The notes under the pieces are model-generated. The model saw only the letters and a list, made by a program, of their open reading frames with translations, had not been told where the DNA came from and did no database searches. A DNA stretch of 64,000 bases from Alphaproteobacteria bacterium (GTDB lineage Bacteria; Pseudomonadota; Alphaproteobacteria; UBA8366; GCA-2717185), in contig JAJFJB010000268.1 of NCBI GenBank assembly GCA_021774435.1, positions 6,798 through 70,797 on the forward strand. Reading direction: 5' to 3'. Shown piece by piece: positions 36,407-45,143 of this stretch. Every line of letters starts with the position of its first letter. Position 1 is the stretch's first letter. Made by a program: the position numbers and the translations under genes.

Positions 36407-37714
36407 TTAGTCGGCCGCCTTCGCGTACGCGACGTTTTGGCCGCCATACCGCCGCACACGGACATTTGCCTGTTCGGCGTGTCCCGCAAAGCCTTCGAGC
36501 ATGCAAAGGCGCGAACAGAAAGCACCAATTTCGGCACTGGCCTCGTCCGTCAAAACTTTTTGATAGGTACAAGTCTTCATGAATTTGCCGACCCAGAGAC
36601 CGCCGGTATATCGCGATGCCTTCTTAGTCGGCAGCGTGTGGTTCGTCCCGATCACCTTGTCGCCATATGAAACCGTTGTTCTCGGCCCGAGAAACAAGGC
36701 ACCGTAATTGGTCATGTTGTCGAGGAAGTAATCCGGATTCTCAGTCAGGACCGTGACATGTTCATAGGCGAGCCGGTCCGCTTCCGCGACCATTTCATCC
36801 AGTGAATCACACACGATAATCGCGCCGTATTTCTCCCAAGATTCCCGAGCGATTTCGGCTGTCGGGAGAATTTCAAGCAATCGCTCGATTTCCGCCAATG
36901 TCGCATTCGCCAAGGCTTCAGAATTGGTGATCAAGGCCACCGGCGAGGTCGGTCCATGCTCGGCCTGGCCAAGCAGGTCGGTCGCACAAATTTCGCCGTC
37001 CGATGTTTCATCAGCGATGACCAGCGTTTCGGTCGGCCCAGCAAACAAGTCGATGCCGACCCGGCCATAGAGCTGACGCTTGGCTTCCGCAACGAACATG
37101 TTGCCGGGGCCAACCAGCATATCTACCGGATCGATAGATTCCGTGCCGAGCGCCATCGCCGCGACCGCCTGGACCCCGCCCAAGACAAGGATTTCGTCCG
37201 CGCCACCTAAATGCATCGCCGCTACGATCGCGGGATGCGGGCCACCTTCATGCGGTGGCGCCGAAGCGACAACCCGCTTCACGCCGGCGACTTTGGCTGT
37301 CACGACACTCATATGCGCAGACGCCACCATCGGGTATTTGCCGCCCGGCACATAGCAGCCAACGCTGTTTACCGGGATATTCTTATGACCGAGAATAACG
37401 CCGGGCATGGTCTCTACTTCGAGATCCTGGAGACACGCTTTTTGCTTCTCCGCAAAATTCCGGACCTGAGCTTGGGCGAATCGAATATCGTCAAGATCCC
37501 GCTTTGCGACCTTGCTCAGCGCCGCCTCGATCTCGCTGTCGGACAAACGGAACGCCTCTGGCGACCAATTGTCGAACCGCGCCGAGAGTTCGCGCGCAGC
37601 GGCATCACCGCGCGCACTCACTTCCGCCAAGATGCCTTCGACAGTCTCGCGGGTTTTCGCGTCGTCTAGAGCGACATCTTCTGCGTTCTTTCCGTGCTTC
37701 AAATATCGCGGCAT
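36407..37714 (-). CDS. Histidinol dehydrogenase family protein (HisD paralogue outside a his operon)
   Basis: [15 protein letters not shown] and [11 protein letters not shown] (Zn/His region) are HisD family blocks. The start is set at ATG 37714, preceded by GGAG. No other his genes lie nearby. Confidence 0.75.
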   Translation of the reverse strand: MPRYLKHGKNAEDVALDDAKTRETVEGILAEVSARGDAAARELSARFDNWSPEAFRLSDSEIEAALSKVAKRDLDDIRFAQAQVRNFAEKQKACLQDLEVETMPGVILGHKNIPVNSVGCYVPGGKYPMVASAHMSVVTAKVAGVKRVVASAPPHEGGPHPAIVAAMHLGGADEILVLGGVQAVAAMALGTESIDPVDMLVGPGNMFVAEAKRQLYGRVGIDLFAGPTETLVIADETSDGEICATDLLGQAEHGPTSPVALITNSEALANATLAEIERLLEILPTAEIARESWEKYGAIIVCDSLDEMVAEADRLAYEHVTVLTENPDYFLDNMTNYGALFLGPRTTVSYGDKVIGTNHTLPTKKASRYTGGLWVGKFMKTCTYQKVLTDEASAEIGAFCSRLCMLEGFAGHAEQANVRVRRYGGQNVAYAKAAD

Positions 37715-37905
37715 GATCTCCGTCCCTTGCAACAACTATGCACTCAAGCGCGCATGGCTATTGCCAGCGCAACTGCACACGGAATCCAGATTACCGATGC
37801 AACGCCCTGCGGCCAATGGCCGTATGTCCGCCTATCCAGTAACTGGACTAAAAAACTTTATAGTGGTTTTTACCGCCATTCATTCGGCGGCTGTGAGGTA
37901 ACCGG

Positions 37906-38076
37906 TTAGTCGCGGACCGTTGACTCGTCGATCGGCGCAATTTCCGGACCAGAGGCATCACCGTCTTTCTTCAGCGCAGCCTTTTCTTTTTTTGCCTCTA
38001 ATCGCGCCGCCTTCTTAGCGGCTTTTGCACGATCTCGCTCCATACGCTCGAACTTATAGTTTGGCTTACGCGGCAT
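37906..38076 (-). CDS. Small lysine/alanine-rich hypothetical protein (56 aa), absent from the ORF track because it is shorter than 60 aa
   Basis: ATG 38076, preceded by GAAAGGA, translates as MPRKPNYKFERMERDRAKAAKKAARLEAKKEKAALKKDGDASGPEIAPIDESTVRD* with TAA at 37906-37908. It lies 96 nt downstream of cspA on the same strand. Confidence 0.45.
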   Translation of the reverse strand: MPRKPNYKFERMERDRAKAAKKAARLEAKKEKAALKKDGDASGPEIAPIDESTVRD

Positions 38077-38172
38077 ATCTGTCCTTTCTGTCTACAGGCC
38101 TCTGAACGGGACGCCAATGCGTCCCGAACAGCTGCCGTTGGTGCGGAAAATGAAGCCCGCACCGCCGTGCGA

Positions 38173-38382
38173 TTAGTCCATCGCAACGAGATTTTCAGCC
38201 GATGACTTTCCGTTCCGGCCGGGAACAAGTTCGTATTCGACTTTTTGACCTTCACGCAATGTCGAAAGACCCGCTTGCTCGACAGCGGAAATATGGACAA
38301 ATGCGTCGTTCCCGCCATCAGTCGGCTCAATGAAGCCGAAGCCTTTCTGCGGATTGAACCATTTAACTGTACCTGTTGCCAT
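38173..38382 (-). CDS. cspA: Cold-shock protein (CspA family)
   Basis: [20 protein letters not shown]...DAFVHISAV carries the RNP1 (KGFGFI) and RNP2 (VFVHI-like) motifs. 69 aa. AAGGAG lies upstream. Confidence 0.92.
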   Translation of the reverse strand: MATGTVKWFNPQKGFGFIEPTDGGNDAFVHISAVEQAGLSTLREGQKVEYELVPGRNGKSSAENLVAMD

Positions 38383-38505
38383 TGTATTTACTCCTTGGAT
38401 TCCTTGGATTGAGATTTGTTCGAGATTGGTTTGTGCAATTCTTATTCTTTTAATTTCGATGAACGTATATTTCAGATTGCAGTCTACGGAATACTTCGCG
38501 CAACG
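38383..38505 (-). promoter_or_regulatory. cspA promoter and 5' leader region, containing a 9-nt tandem duplication
   Basis: 123 nt of A/T-rich sequence lie between the rhlE stop and the cspA start. TCCTTGGAT is repeated twice at 38392-38409 (minus strand: ATCCAAGGA ATCCAAGGA G), which duplicates the SD-like AAGGA. Confidence 0.4.
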
Positions 38506-39762
38506 TCACGCCGCCTTTCGCGGCTGACGGCCTTTGTTACGCCGCCGTTTTGCGGAAGGCCGTGTCGAATATCGCTTTTTGTTTTTTGCCTCGGTTGGCC
38601 TGCCTGTTGATACATGAGCACCCTCCGTTTCATGAGAATGCGCAATCGGTGTCAGGTTTTTTTTGATCAATTTTTCAATCGCTTGCAGATGCTCGCGCTC
38701 GGCTCCGTCACAGAACGATATCGCGACACCGGTCGCACCGGCCCGCGCCGTACGACCAATGCGATGTACATAGCTTTCCGGCTCATTCGGGAGCTCGAAA
38801 TTGATCACATGGCTCACATCGTCGACATCGATCCCGCGCGCCGCAATGTCCGTCGCAACCAGTATTCGCACGGCGCCATTCTTAAACGCCGCAAGCGCCC
38901 GTTGGCGCGCGTTTTGCGACTTATTTCCATGAATCGCTTCTGCTTTCACACCCGCCTTGCCAAGTTGGTCGGCAACACGATTGGCGCGGTGTTTTGTCCG
39001 CGTAAATATGATGACGCGCTTCATTGCATCATCCTTCAACAATTCGCCAAGCAACGCTCGCTTCCGGGAAGCTTCAACGAAATAAACGCGTTGATCGATC
39101 AGCTCGACGGGCGTCGCCGACGGTGCCACTTCGACGCGGCGCGGTCGGTTGAGTATCTCGTCGGCCAAGCGCGCAATCTCGCGCGGCATCGTCGCGGAAA
39201 ACAAAAGCGATTGACGTTTTGCCGGCAGAGCTGAAGCGATCTTTCGAACGTCGTGGATAAAACCCATATCGAGCATTCGGTCCGCTTCATCAAGAACCAA
39301 CGTCGCTGTTTTGCCGAGCGACACATGCCCTTGGTTCATGAGATCGAGCAAGCGACCCGGCGTCGCAATCAGCACATCGACGCCGCGTCGCAGCGCCTTT
39401 ACCTGAGGTACTTGGCCGACGCCTCCATAGATAGTCGCATATCGGAGTTCCAGGTTTCGTCCATAGGCCTTGAAACCGTCACCGATTTGGATCGCCAGTT
39501 CACGCGTTGGCGCGAGAATTAGCGCTTGCGGTTGCCGGGAACCGGCTCTTTTGCCGGACTCCGAAAGCCGGTGCAAAATTGGCAGCGCGAAAGCTGCCGT
39601 TTTGCCCGTCCCGGTTTGGGCAACACCCAGAAGGTCGCCGCCTTCGAGCAGCAATGGTATCGCGCGTTCTTGTATGGGTGTCGGTGTATCGTATTTCTCG
39701 TTCCGAAGCGCGCGCAGAAGCGGCGCGGCAAGGCCGAGCTGAGAAAAAGTAGTATCAGTCAA
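38506..39762 (-). CDS. rhlE: DEAD-box ATP-dependent RNA helicase (RhlE-like)
   Basis: Q-motif (F..LGL...L.RAL...YDTPTPIQ), [14 protein letters not shown], the DEAD box ([10 protein letters not shown]), SAT and [10 protein letters not shown], plus a basic C-terminal tail. TTG start. Confidence 0.9.
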   Translation of the reverse strand: MTDTTFSQLGLAAPLLRALRNEKYDTPTPIQERAIPLLLEGGDLLGVAQTGTGKTAAFALPILHRLSESGKRAGSRQPQALILAPTRELAIQIGDGFKAYGRNLELRYATIYGGVGQVPQVKALRRGVDVLIATPGRLLDLMNQGHVSLGKTATLVLDEADRMLDMGFIHDVRKIASALPAKRQSLLFSATMPREIARLADEILNRPRRVEVAPSATPVELIDQRVYFVEASRKRALLGELLKDDAMKRVIIFTRTKHRANRVADQLGKAGVKAEAIHGNKSQNARQRALAAFKNGAVRILVATDIAARGIDVDDVSHVINFELPNEPESYVHRIGRTARAGATGVAISFCDGAEREHLQAIEKLIKKNLTPIAHSHETEGAHVSTGRPTEAKNKKRYSTRPSAKRRRNKGRQPRKAA

Positions 39763-40116
39763 ACTAAATTATGTCCTTTTACGCCAGGTGGCGGTCGTTC
39801 CCTATTGGATAACGCCGTGAAATGGCTTGTTCGCCAACTTCCACGCGCAAATGGAACAGACGGAATTATTGTGAGATTTGCTTCGAGATTAGGCGCCTTC
39901 AAATCAACCAAAAGCGCTTCGCGCAGTCGCGAGCAATCCTTATTACCCTCCAAATGGCGCCTTATGGCAAAAGTGTCAAGGTTAAATCGCGGCAGGTCGT
40001 TTTCAACGGATCAGTTTACTAAACGCTGCAGTGCTTGGACGGTGCCTTAAATTGTGAGTACGATATGCGGCATTGGGACGAGAAATTAGCCAAGTCCAAA
40101 GACGAGGGGTCTCCTT

Positions 40117-40965
40117 ATGTCACTGAAGATTGAACCGCTAGGCGATGCTTTGGGAGCAGAGGTTTCTGATATTGATCTTTCAAAGCCGCTCATGGAAGAG
40201 GATATTGCGGCGGTAAAAGACGCTTTCCTAGATTACCACTTGCTGTGTTTCCGCAGCGACCCTTTGGCAGCGGAGGATTTTTCCGCTATCGCCAGATTGT
40301 TCGGAGAGCCACAACTCCAACTCATTCGAACGACTCGGCACGGCGAAGTCCCCGAAATATCGGTATTGGACTCGACCTATAAAAACGCCGACCAAAAACC
40401 AGCGGACTTCAAGTTGAACCGGAAATCAGGCTGGCATACGGATGATTCCTATTTTGAGGTTCCGGCCAAGGTAACGTTGTTGCAATCCATCGAAATTCCA
40501 AAGAGCGGCGGTCACACACGGTTCTGTAATACCCGTAAGGCTTATGACGACTTGGCGGAGGAGGAAAAACGCCGTATCGACGACCTGAAAGCCGTGCATG
40601 CCTACGACACAATGCGGGCACCGGCGCGCGCCAAAAAACGTACCAAGGAAGAAGAGGAAGAAACGCCTGAAGTCGTCCACCCGCTTGTCCGAACTCACGA
40701 AGAAAACGGCTCAAAGGCAATCTATTTCAATCCTAACAGAACCGATCGTATTGTCGGCATGGAACGGAAAGATAGCGACGCGCTGCTCGATTGGGTAAAC
40801 GAGACGATCACGCAGCAGAAATACCGGTACGATCACGAATGGCGTATGGGCGATCTTTTGGTATGGGACAATCGATGCCTTATCCATTCAGTCAATGTCG
40901 ATTTTCCCGTCGGCCAAACCCGCTTACATCAGCGCATCCTTCTCAAAGGCGCGCGTCCACAATAG
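40117..40965 (+). CDS. TauD/TfdA family Fe(II)/2-oxoglutarate dioxygenase (second copy)
   Basis: GAEVSDIDL, WHTDDSY (HxD), FCNTRKAYD, HPLVRTH and WDNRCLIH are the same family blocks as in 34782-35621. Confidence 0.85.
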   Translation: MSLKIEPLGDALGAEVSDIDLSKPLMEEDIAAVKDAFLDYHLLCFRSDPLAAEDFSAIARLFGEPQLQLIRTTRHGEVPEISVLDSTYKNADQKPADFKLNRKSGWHTDDSYFEVPAKVTLLQSIEIPKSGGHTRFCNTRKAYDDLAEEEKRRIDDLKAVHAYDTMRAPARAKKRTKEEEEETPEVVHPLVRTHEENGSKAIYFNPNRTDRIVGMERKDSDALLDWVNETITQQKYRYDHEWRMGDLLVWDNRCLIHSVNVDFPVGQTRLHQRILLKGARPQ

Positions 40966-40975
40966 GCAGGAAATA

Positions 40976-41740
40976 ATGAAGCAGTTCGACTTGGAAGGCC
41001 GCGTCGCTATCGTGACGGGGGGCAATGGCGGCATTGGTCTGGGTATGGCGAAAGGCATGGCGAACGCCGGCGCCTCAATCGTCGTCGCAGGACGAAACGC
41101 CGAAAAATCGGAAGGCGCGGTAAACGAGTTGCGCGCGGGCGGTGCGGACGCTACATCGATTACCGTCGACGTCGCCGACGATCAATCCTGTGCCGACTTA
41201 ATTGCCGCGAGCGTGGCTCATTTCGGGCGGCTCGATATCCTGATCAACAATGCGGGCATGAACAACCGCAAGCAACCGGACGAATACAATATGGCGGAAT
41301 GGCGTCAGGTCATGGACGTCAATCTGAATAGCGCCTTTGCCTGTTGTCAGGCGGCCTATCCCGAAATGAAGAAAGCCGGCGGCGGCAAAATCATCAATAT
41401 CGGATCCATGTACTCGATCTTCGGCGGCCCGTACACGGTGCCTTACGCCGCAAGCAAGGGCGGTATCGTGCAAATGACCAAGGGTCTGGCCACCGCCTGG
41501 GCCAAGGACAATATTCAGGTCAATGCCGTCTTGCCGGGATGGATCGATACAGAGCTGACCCAGACCGCACGCAAAGTCGTTGACGGGCTGCATGAGAACG
41601 TTTTGCGCCGCACCCCTGCTGGCCGTTGGGGTGATGCGGACGATATGTCGGGCATCGCGGTGTTCTTGTCGTCACCGGCATCGGACTATGTGACGGGTAC
41701 GGCTATTCCCGTCGACGGGGGTTACTCGGCCTTGGGTTAG
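40976..41740 (+). CDS. SDR family oxidoreductase (gluconate-5-dehydrogenase-like)
   Basis: The start is set at MKQFDLEGRVAIVTGGNGGIGLG. NNAG and YAASK (Tyr-x3-Lys) are present. The track start at 40895 overlaps the preceding gene. Confidence 0.85.
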   Translation: MKQFDLEGRVAIVTGGNGGIGLGMAKGMANAGASIVVAGRNAEKSEGAVNELRAGGADATSITVDVADDQSCADLIAASVAHFGRLDILINNAGMNNRKQPDEYNMAEWRQVMDVNLNSAFACCQAAYPEMKKAGGGKIINIGSMYSIFGGPYTVPYAASKGGIVQMTKGLATAWAKDNIQVNAVLPGWIDTELTQTARKVVDGLHENVLRRTPAGRWGDADDMSGIAVFLSSPASDYVTGTAIPVDGGYSALG

Positions 41741-41759
41741 GCTGAGCCGTTCAATCATC

Positions 41760-42644
41760 ATGACACCGGAAGATATTCTCAGCCATCCGCCGCTCGCACT
41801 TCTGCCAGAGCAGCGGGAATTTTACTTCGCCAATGGGTTCGTTGCCGTTGACGGTTTAGTTCCGCAGGAATGGGTGCAACGCCTTACTACACGTTCGAAC
41901 GCGTTCCTGGAGGAAAGCCGCTCGATTGAAAAATCCAACGAAGCGTTCGACCTTGGCCCGACCCATTCCGCGGAAACCCCGCATGTCCGCAGGCTTCGCG
42001 CGACGGTCGACCGGCACCCGGAGTTTTGGGAATTTGCCAGCCAATCCATTTTTGCAGGTGTGGCAGCCGACCTGGTAGGCCCCGATGTGAAATTCCACAG
42101 TGCTAAGCTGAATTACAAATGGCCCGGCGCAGGAGAAGTCGTTCAATGGCATCAGGATATCCCCGCTTGGCCGCATACGAATTACAGCCCCGTCACACTG
42201 GGCGTGTATCTCGATGCCGTCGAACCGGTGCACGGGCCGTTGGCCTGCATACCTGGGAGCCATGAAGGAGACCTATTTCCCCATATGGATACGCAAGGCA
42301 ACTGGACGGGCACGATCGGCAAATCCGATTTGAAAAACATCGACACGAACAGCGCGATCGAACTGACGGGATCCGCAGGCACCCTGGTCGCGATAAACTG
42401 CCGTACGATCCATGGCTCGCGCGCCAATCGGTCAGCCGCCGTGCGCCCCTTGCTTCTATGCGTTTACAGTTCCGCCGACGCATTTGCCTGGATGCCGCCA
42501 CCGACGCCAACAACGAAGACAGGCGAAATCATCCGCGGAAAAGCGGCGCGTATCGCCCATCTCGATCCGAGGCCCTGCCTCGCGCCCCCGAACTGGGCGA
42601 AACAGGGCTACGGATCCATTTTCACCGCACAGCAAGGCAAATAG
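41760..42644 (+). CDS. Phytanoyl-CoA dioxygenase (PhyH) family Fe(II)/2OG oxygenase
   Basis: REFYFANGFV, WHQDIPAW (HxD iron motif), GPLACIPGSH and TIHGSRANRS (distal His/Arg) are PhyH family blocks. Confidence 0.8.
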   Translation: MTPEDILSHPPLALLPEQREFYFANGFVAVDGLVPQEWVQRLTTRSNAFLEESRSIEKSNEAFDLGPTHSAETPHVRRLRATVDRHPEFWEFASQSIFAGVAADLVGPDVKFHSAKLNYKWPGAGEVVQWHQDIPAWPHTNYSPVTLGVYLDAVEPVHGPLACIPGSHEGDLFPHMDTQGNWTGTIGKSDLKNIDTNSAIELTGSAGTLVAINCRTIHGSRANRSAAVRPLLLCVYSSADAFAWMPPPTPTTKTGEIIRGKAARIAHLDPRPCLAPPNWAKQGYGSIFTAQQGK

Positions 42645-42659
42645 GGTCAGCGCGCGGTA

Positions 42660-43946
42660 GTGGCGGGCGTTCGAAAAAGCATTGTAGCGTCCCTAAACCG
42701 CCGCTTCTTTTATGGCTGGACGATGGTCGGCGTCGCCGGGGCCGGTGTGTTCGCGAGCGGGCCGGGTCAGTCCCACACGTTCAGCGTCTTCGTCAAGGAA
42801 ATCAGCCGCGATCTAGAAATATCAAGCACGTCCATCGCGACCGCTTATGGGTTGGCGACGCTCGCAGCAGCCCTCCTATTGCCGCAAATGGGACGGCTGG
42901 TCGACCGTTTTGGCCCCCGGCGCACGCTTACCGCCATTGTCGTGATGCTGGGCGGTGCGTGCCTATTCTTCGGAGCGGCGGCAAACTTTCTATGGCTGGC
43001 GGTCGCTTTCGCCATGCTTCGATTTTTTGGCCAGGGCTCAATGGTGCTGGGCTGCGCCAACCTGATGGCCCACTGGTTCAACCGGCGACGCGGATTTGCC
43101 GTAAGCCTGATGTCGCTCGGCTTCGGCGTATCCATGGCTGTGCACCCGACCTTATCCCAGTTTCTCATCGAGACAGTCGGGTGGCGCGAGGCTTGGGTCT
43201 GGCTCGGAGTCTCCACCTGGCTGTTGATGCTGCCGCCGGTTCTGATACTCATTATCGATCGGCCGGAAGAAATAGCCGCCGCGCCCGACGGCATCACCCA
43301 CAATATTCGGGAAGGCAGTAATCACACCCATGATAATCAGATCACCGGGTTGACTCGTAAAGACGCGCTACGAGAACCAAGCTTTTACATCCTGGCTGCC
43401 GGCTGTTTTACGATTTCGATGCTGGTCACGACACTCCACTTCCATCAGGTCTCTATCCTCGCCAGCCAAGGCGTTGCCAGTGACGTTGCGACGCGGGCTT
43501 TCGCCGTCTCGGCGCTGGCAATGATCATCACAATGCCGCTGGTCGGGTTCATGTTCGACCGATACCGCACACGATATGTTTTCGCGGCCGGCTTACTGGT
43601 TACAGCCGGGTGCCTGATGGGTGTAACAGAAGTCGACGGTGCAACCTCGGCTATCTTGTATGCCCTCTTGTTCGGACTGAACAATGCCTTCGGAATGACG
43701 ATATTCGGTTACATTTGGCCACGATATTTTGGTCGCCGCCACATCGGCAGCATCCAGGGGACAGGACAGCTTATTGGCGTTGTCGGCGCGTCCCTTGGGC
43801 CTTTGCCGGTAGGCCTGGCATTCGACCTCGTTGGCAGCGCGGGCGTAACATTGAAACTGCTTGCCATTCTGCCGGTGATTTGTGCCGCACTAGCGATGTT
43901 CTTGCGAACGCCGAAGGCCGTTGGCGGCGATGAAAGACTAGATTGA
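42660..43946 (+). CDS. MFS transporter
   Basis: 428 aa with about 12 TM segments and the motif GRLVDRFGPRR in loop 2-3. GTG start. Confidence 0.75.
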   Translation: MAGVRKSIVASLNRRFFYGWTMVGVAGAGVFASGPGQSHTFSVFVKEISRDLEISSTSIATAYGLATLAAALLLPQMGRLVDRFGPRRTLTAIVVMLGGACLFFGAAANFLWLAVAFAMLRFFGQGSMVLGCANLMAHWFNRRRGFAVSLMSLGFGVSMAVHPTLSQFLIETVGWREAWVWLGVSTWLLMLPPVLILIIDRPEEIAAAPDGITHNIREGSNHTHDNQITGLTRKDALREPSFYILAAGCFTISMLVTTLHFHQVSILASQGVASDVATRAFAVSALAMIITMPLVGFMFDRYRTRYVFAAGLLVTAGCLMGVTEVDGATSAILYALLFGLNNAFGMTIFGYIWPRYFGRRHIGSIQGTGQLIGVVGASLGPLPVGLAFDLVGSAGVTLKLLAILPVICAALAMFLRTPKAVGGDERLD

Positions 43947-43976
43947 ACACGGAAATTCAATTGCAGCGAGGGCAAT

Positions 43977-44672
43977 ATGATCGACCTCTATACCGCCGCA
44001 ACACCGAACGGTCAGAAAATCCATATCATGCTGGAAGAAACTGATCTTGAATACCAAGAGCACTACGTTTCGATCGACAAGGGCGAGCAGTTCGATCCGG
44101 ACTTTCTGGAAATCAGCCCCAATAATAAAATACCCGCGATCGTGGATCATGATGGTCCCGAAGGCGAAACGGTTTCCGTGTTCGAATCCGGCTGCATCCT
44201 GCTTTACTTGGCGGAGAAGACGGGACAATTTCTGCCGTCGGCGCCATTGGCACGAATCGAAACGCTGGAATGGCTATTCTGGCAGATGGGCGGGTTTGGC
44301 CCGATGCTTGGTCAAGCCCATCATTTTCGTGCCTACGCGCCAGAGCGCATTCAGTACGCCTATGACCGCTATAGCAATGAAGCGGCGCGGCTGTATCAAG
44401 TGCTGGATCGTCGCTTAGATGGCAGAGATTACGTCGCCGCTGGCATGTATACGATTGCGGATATGGCAATTTTCCCGTGGTGCCGATTGCATAACCGGCA
44501 AGGCCAGCAGCTAGGCGATCATCCCAACGTACAGCGTTGGTTCGACACGGTTTCTGCGCGACCGGCAGTCATTAGGGATATGGAAAAACTGGAGGATAAG
44601 GCAGACCAAAAGAACTGGAGCGACCAGGACTGGTCTAACCTTTTCGGGGCCGAACAGTATCGGCCCCGGTAG
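43977..44672 (+). CDS. Glutathione S-transferase, Nu-class (YfcG/YghU-like)
   Basis: MIDLYTAATPNGQKIHIMLEE...EISPNNKIPAIVDHDG...VFESGCILLYLAEK matches the thioredoxin-fold N-domain of YfcG-type GSTs. Confidence 0.8.
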   Translation: MIDLYTAATPNGQKIHIMLEETDLEYQEHYVSIDKGEQFDPDFLEISPNNKIPAIVDHDGPEGETVSVFESGCILLYLAEKTGQFLPSAPLARIETLEWLFWQMGGFGPMLGQAHHFRAYAPERIQYAYDRYSNEAARLYQVLDRRLDGRDYVAAGMYTIADMAIFPWCRLHNRQGQQLGDHPNVQRWFDTVSARPAVIRDMEKLEDKADQKNWSDQDWSNLFGAEQYRPR

Positions 44673-44746
44673 CGTGCATAGAGGCACGCAAAAGGGCTCC
44701 GAGCGAATTGGCGCCCGGGCCCAGCGTTAGTTCAAGTCGCCTGGCT

Positions 44747-44953
44747 TCAGTCGAGAAGCTTCAGATTGTCCGCGGCCATCTTACCGTTGCGGCCTTCGGT
44801 TAATTCATACTCTACCTTGGCGCCTTCATCGAGGCTCGGGAGACCCGCCCGCTCTACGGCAGAGATATGGACGAATGCATCGCCTCCGCCATCCTCCGGC
44901 TCAATAAAGCCATAACCTTTTTGATGATTGAACCACTTGACGGTGCCTTTCAT
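44747..44953 (-). CDS. Cold-shock protein (CspA family), second copy
   Basis: MKGTVKWFNHQKGYGFIEP...DAFVHISAV. The start is set at ATG 44953, because GGAGG lies 5 nt upstream. The track start at 44965 lies inside that SD. Confidence 0.9.
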   Translation of the reverse strand: MKGTVKWFNHQKGYGFIEPEDGGGDAFVHISAVERAGLPSLDEGAKVEYELTEGRNGKMAADNLKLLD

Positions 44954-45143
44954 ATTTCCCTCCATCGGGATAGCAATTTACTGCGCCCGGAACGCTTCCG
45001 GACTTAGGAATCCAATATTTCTGGAGGGGTATTCGCGCTTCATTCTCAAAGGGCCCGGCCCGCCAACATACTGGAACACAATACGGTTTACCTCCCATTG
45101 ACAAACCGTACACCCGAATCCGGCTTGATCCGGGATTTAACTC
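44954..45143 (-). promoter_or_regulatory. Leader/promoter region of the second csp gene, downstream of tRNA-Met
   Basis: 190 nt of non-coding DNA with a short hairpin CCGGAA-CGC-TTCCGG (plus-strand view, about 44983-44997). Long structured 5' leaders are usual for csp genes. The promoter position is not determined. Confidence 0.3.

Noticed and set aside
44673-44746. Hairpin GCGTGC-ATAGAG-GCACGC between the convergent GST and csp genes, considered as an intrinsic terminator
   Set aside because: The stem is followed by an A-run on the plus strand and preceded, not followed, by the T-run on the minus strand. It therefore fits neither orientation of a canonical rho-independent terminator, and I have not annotated it.
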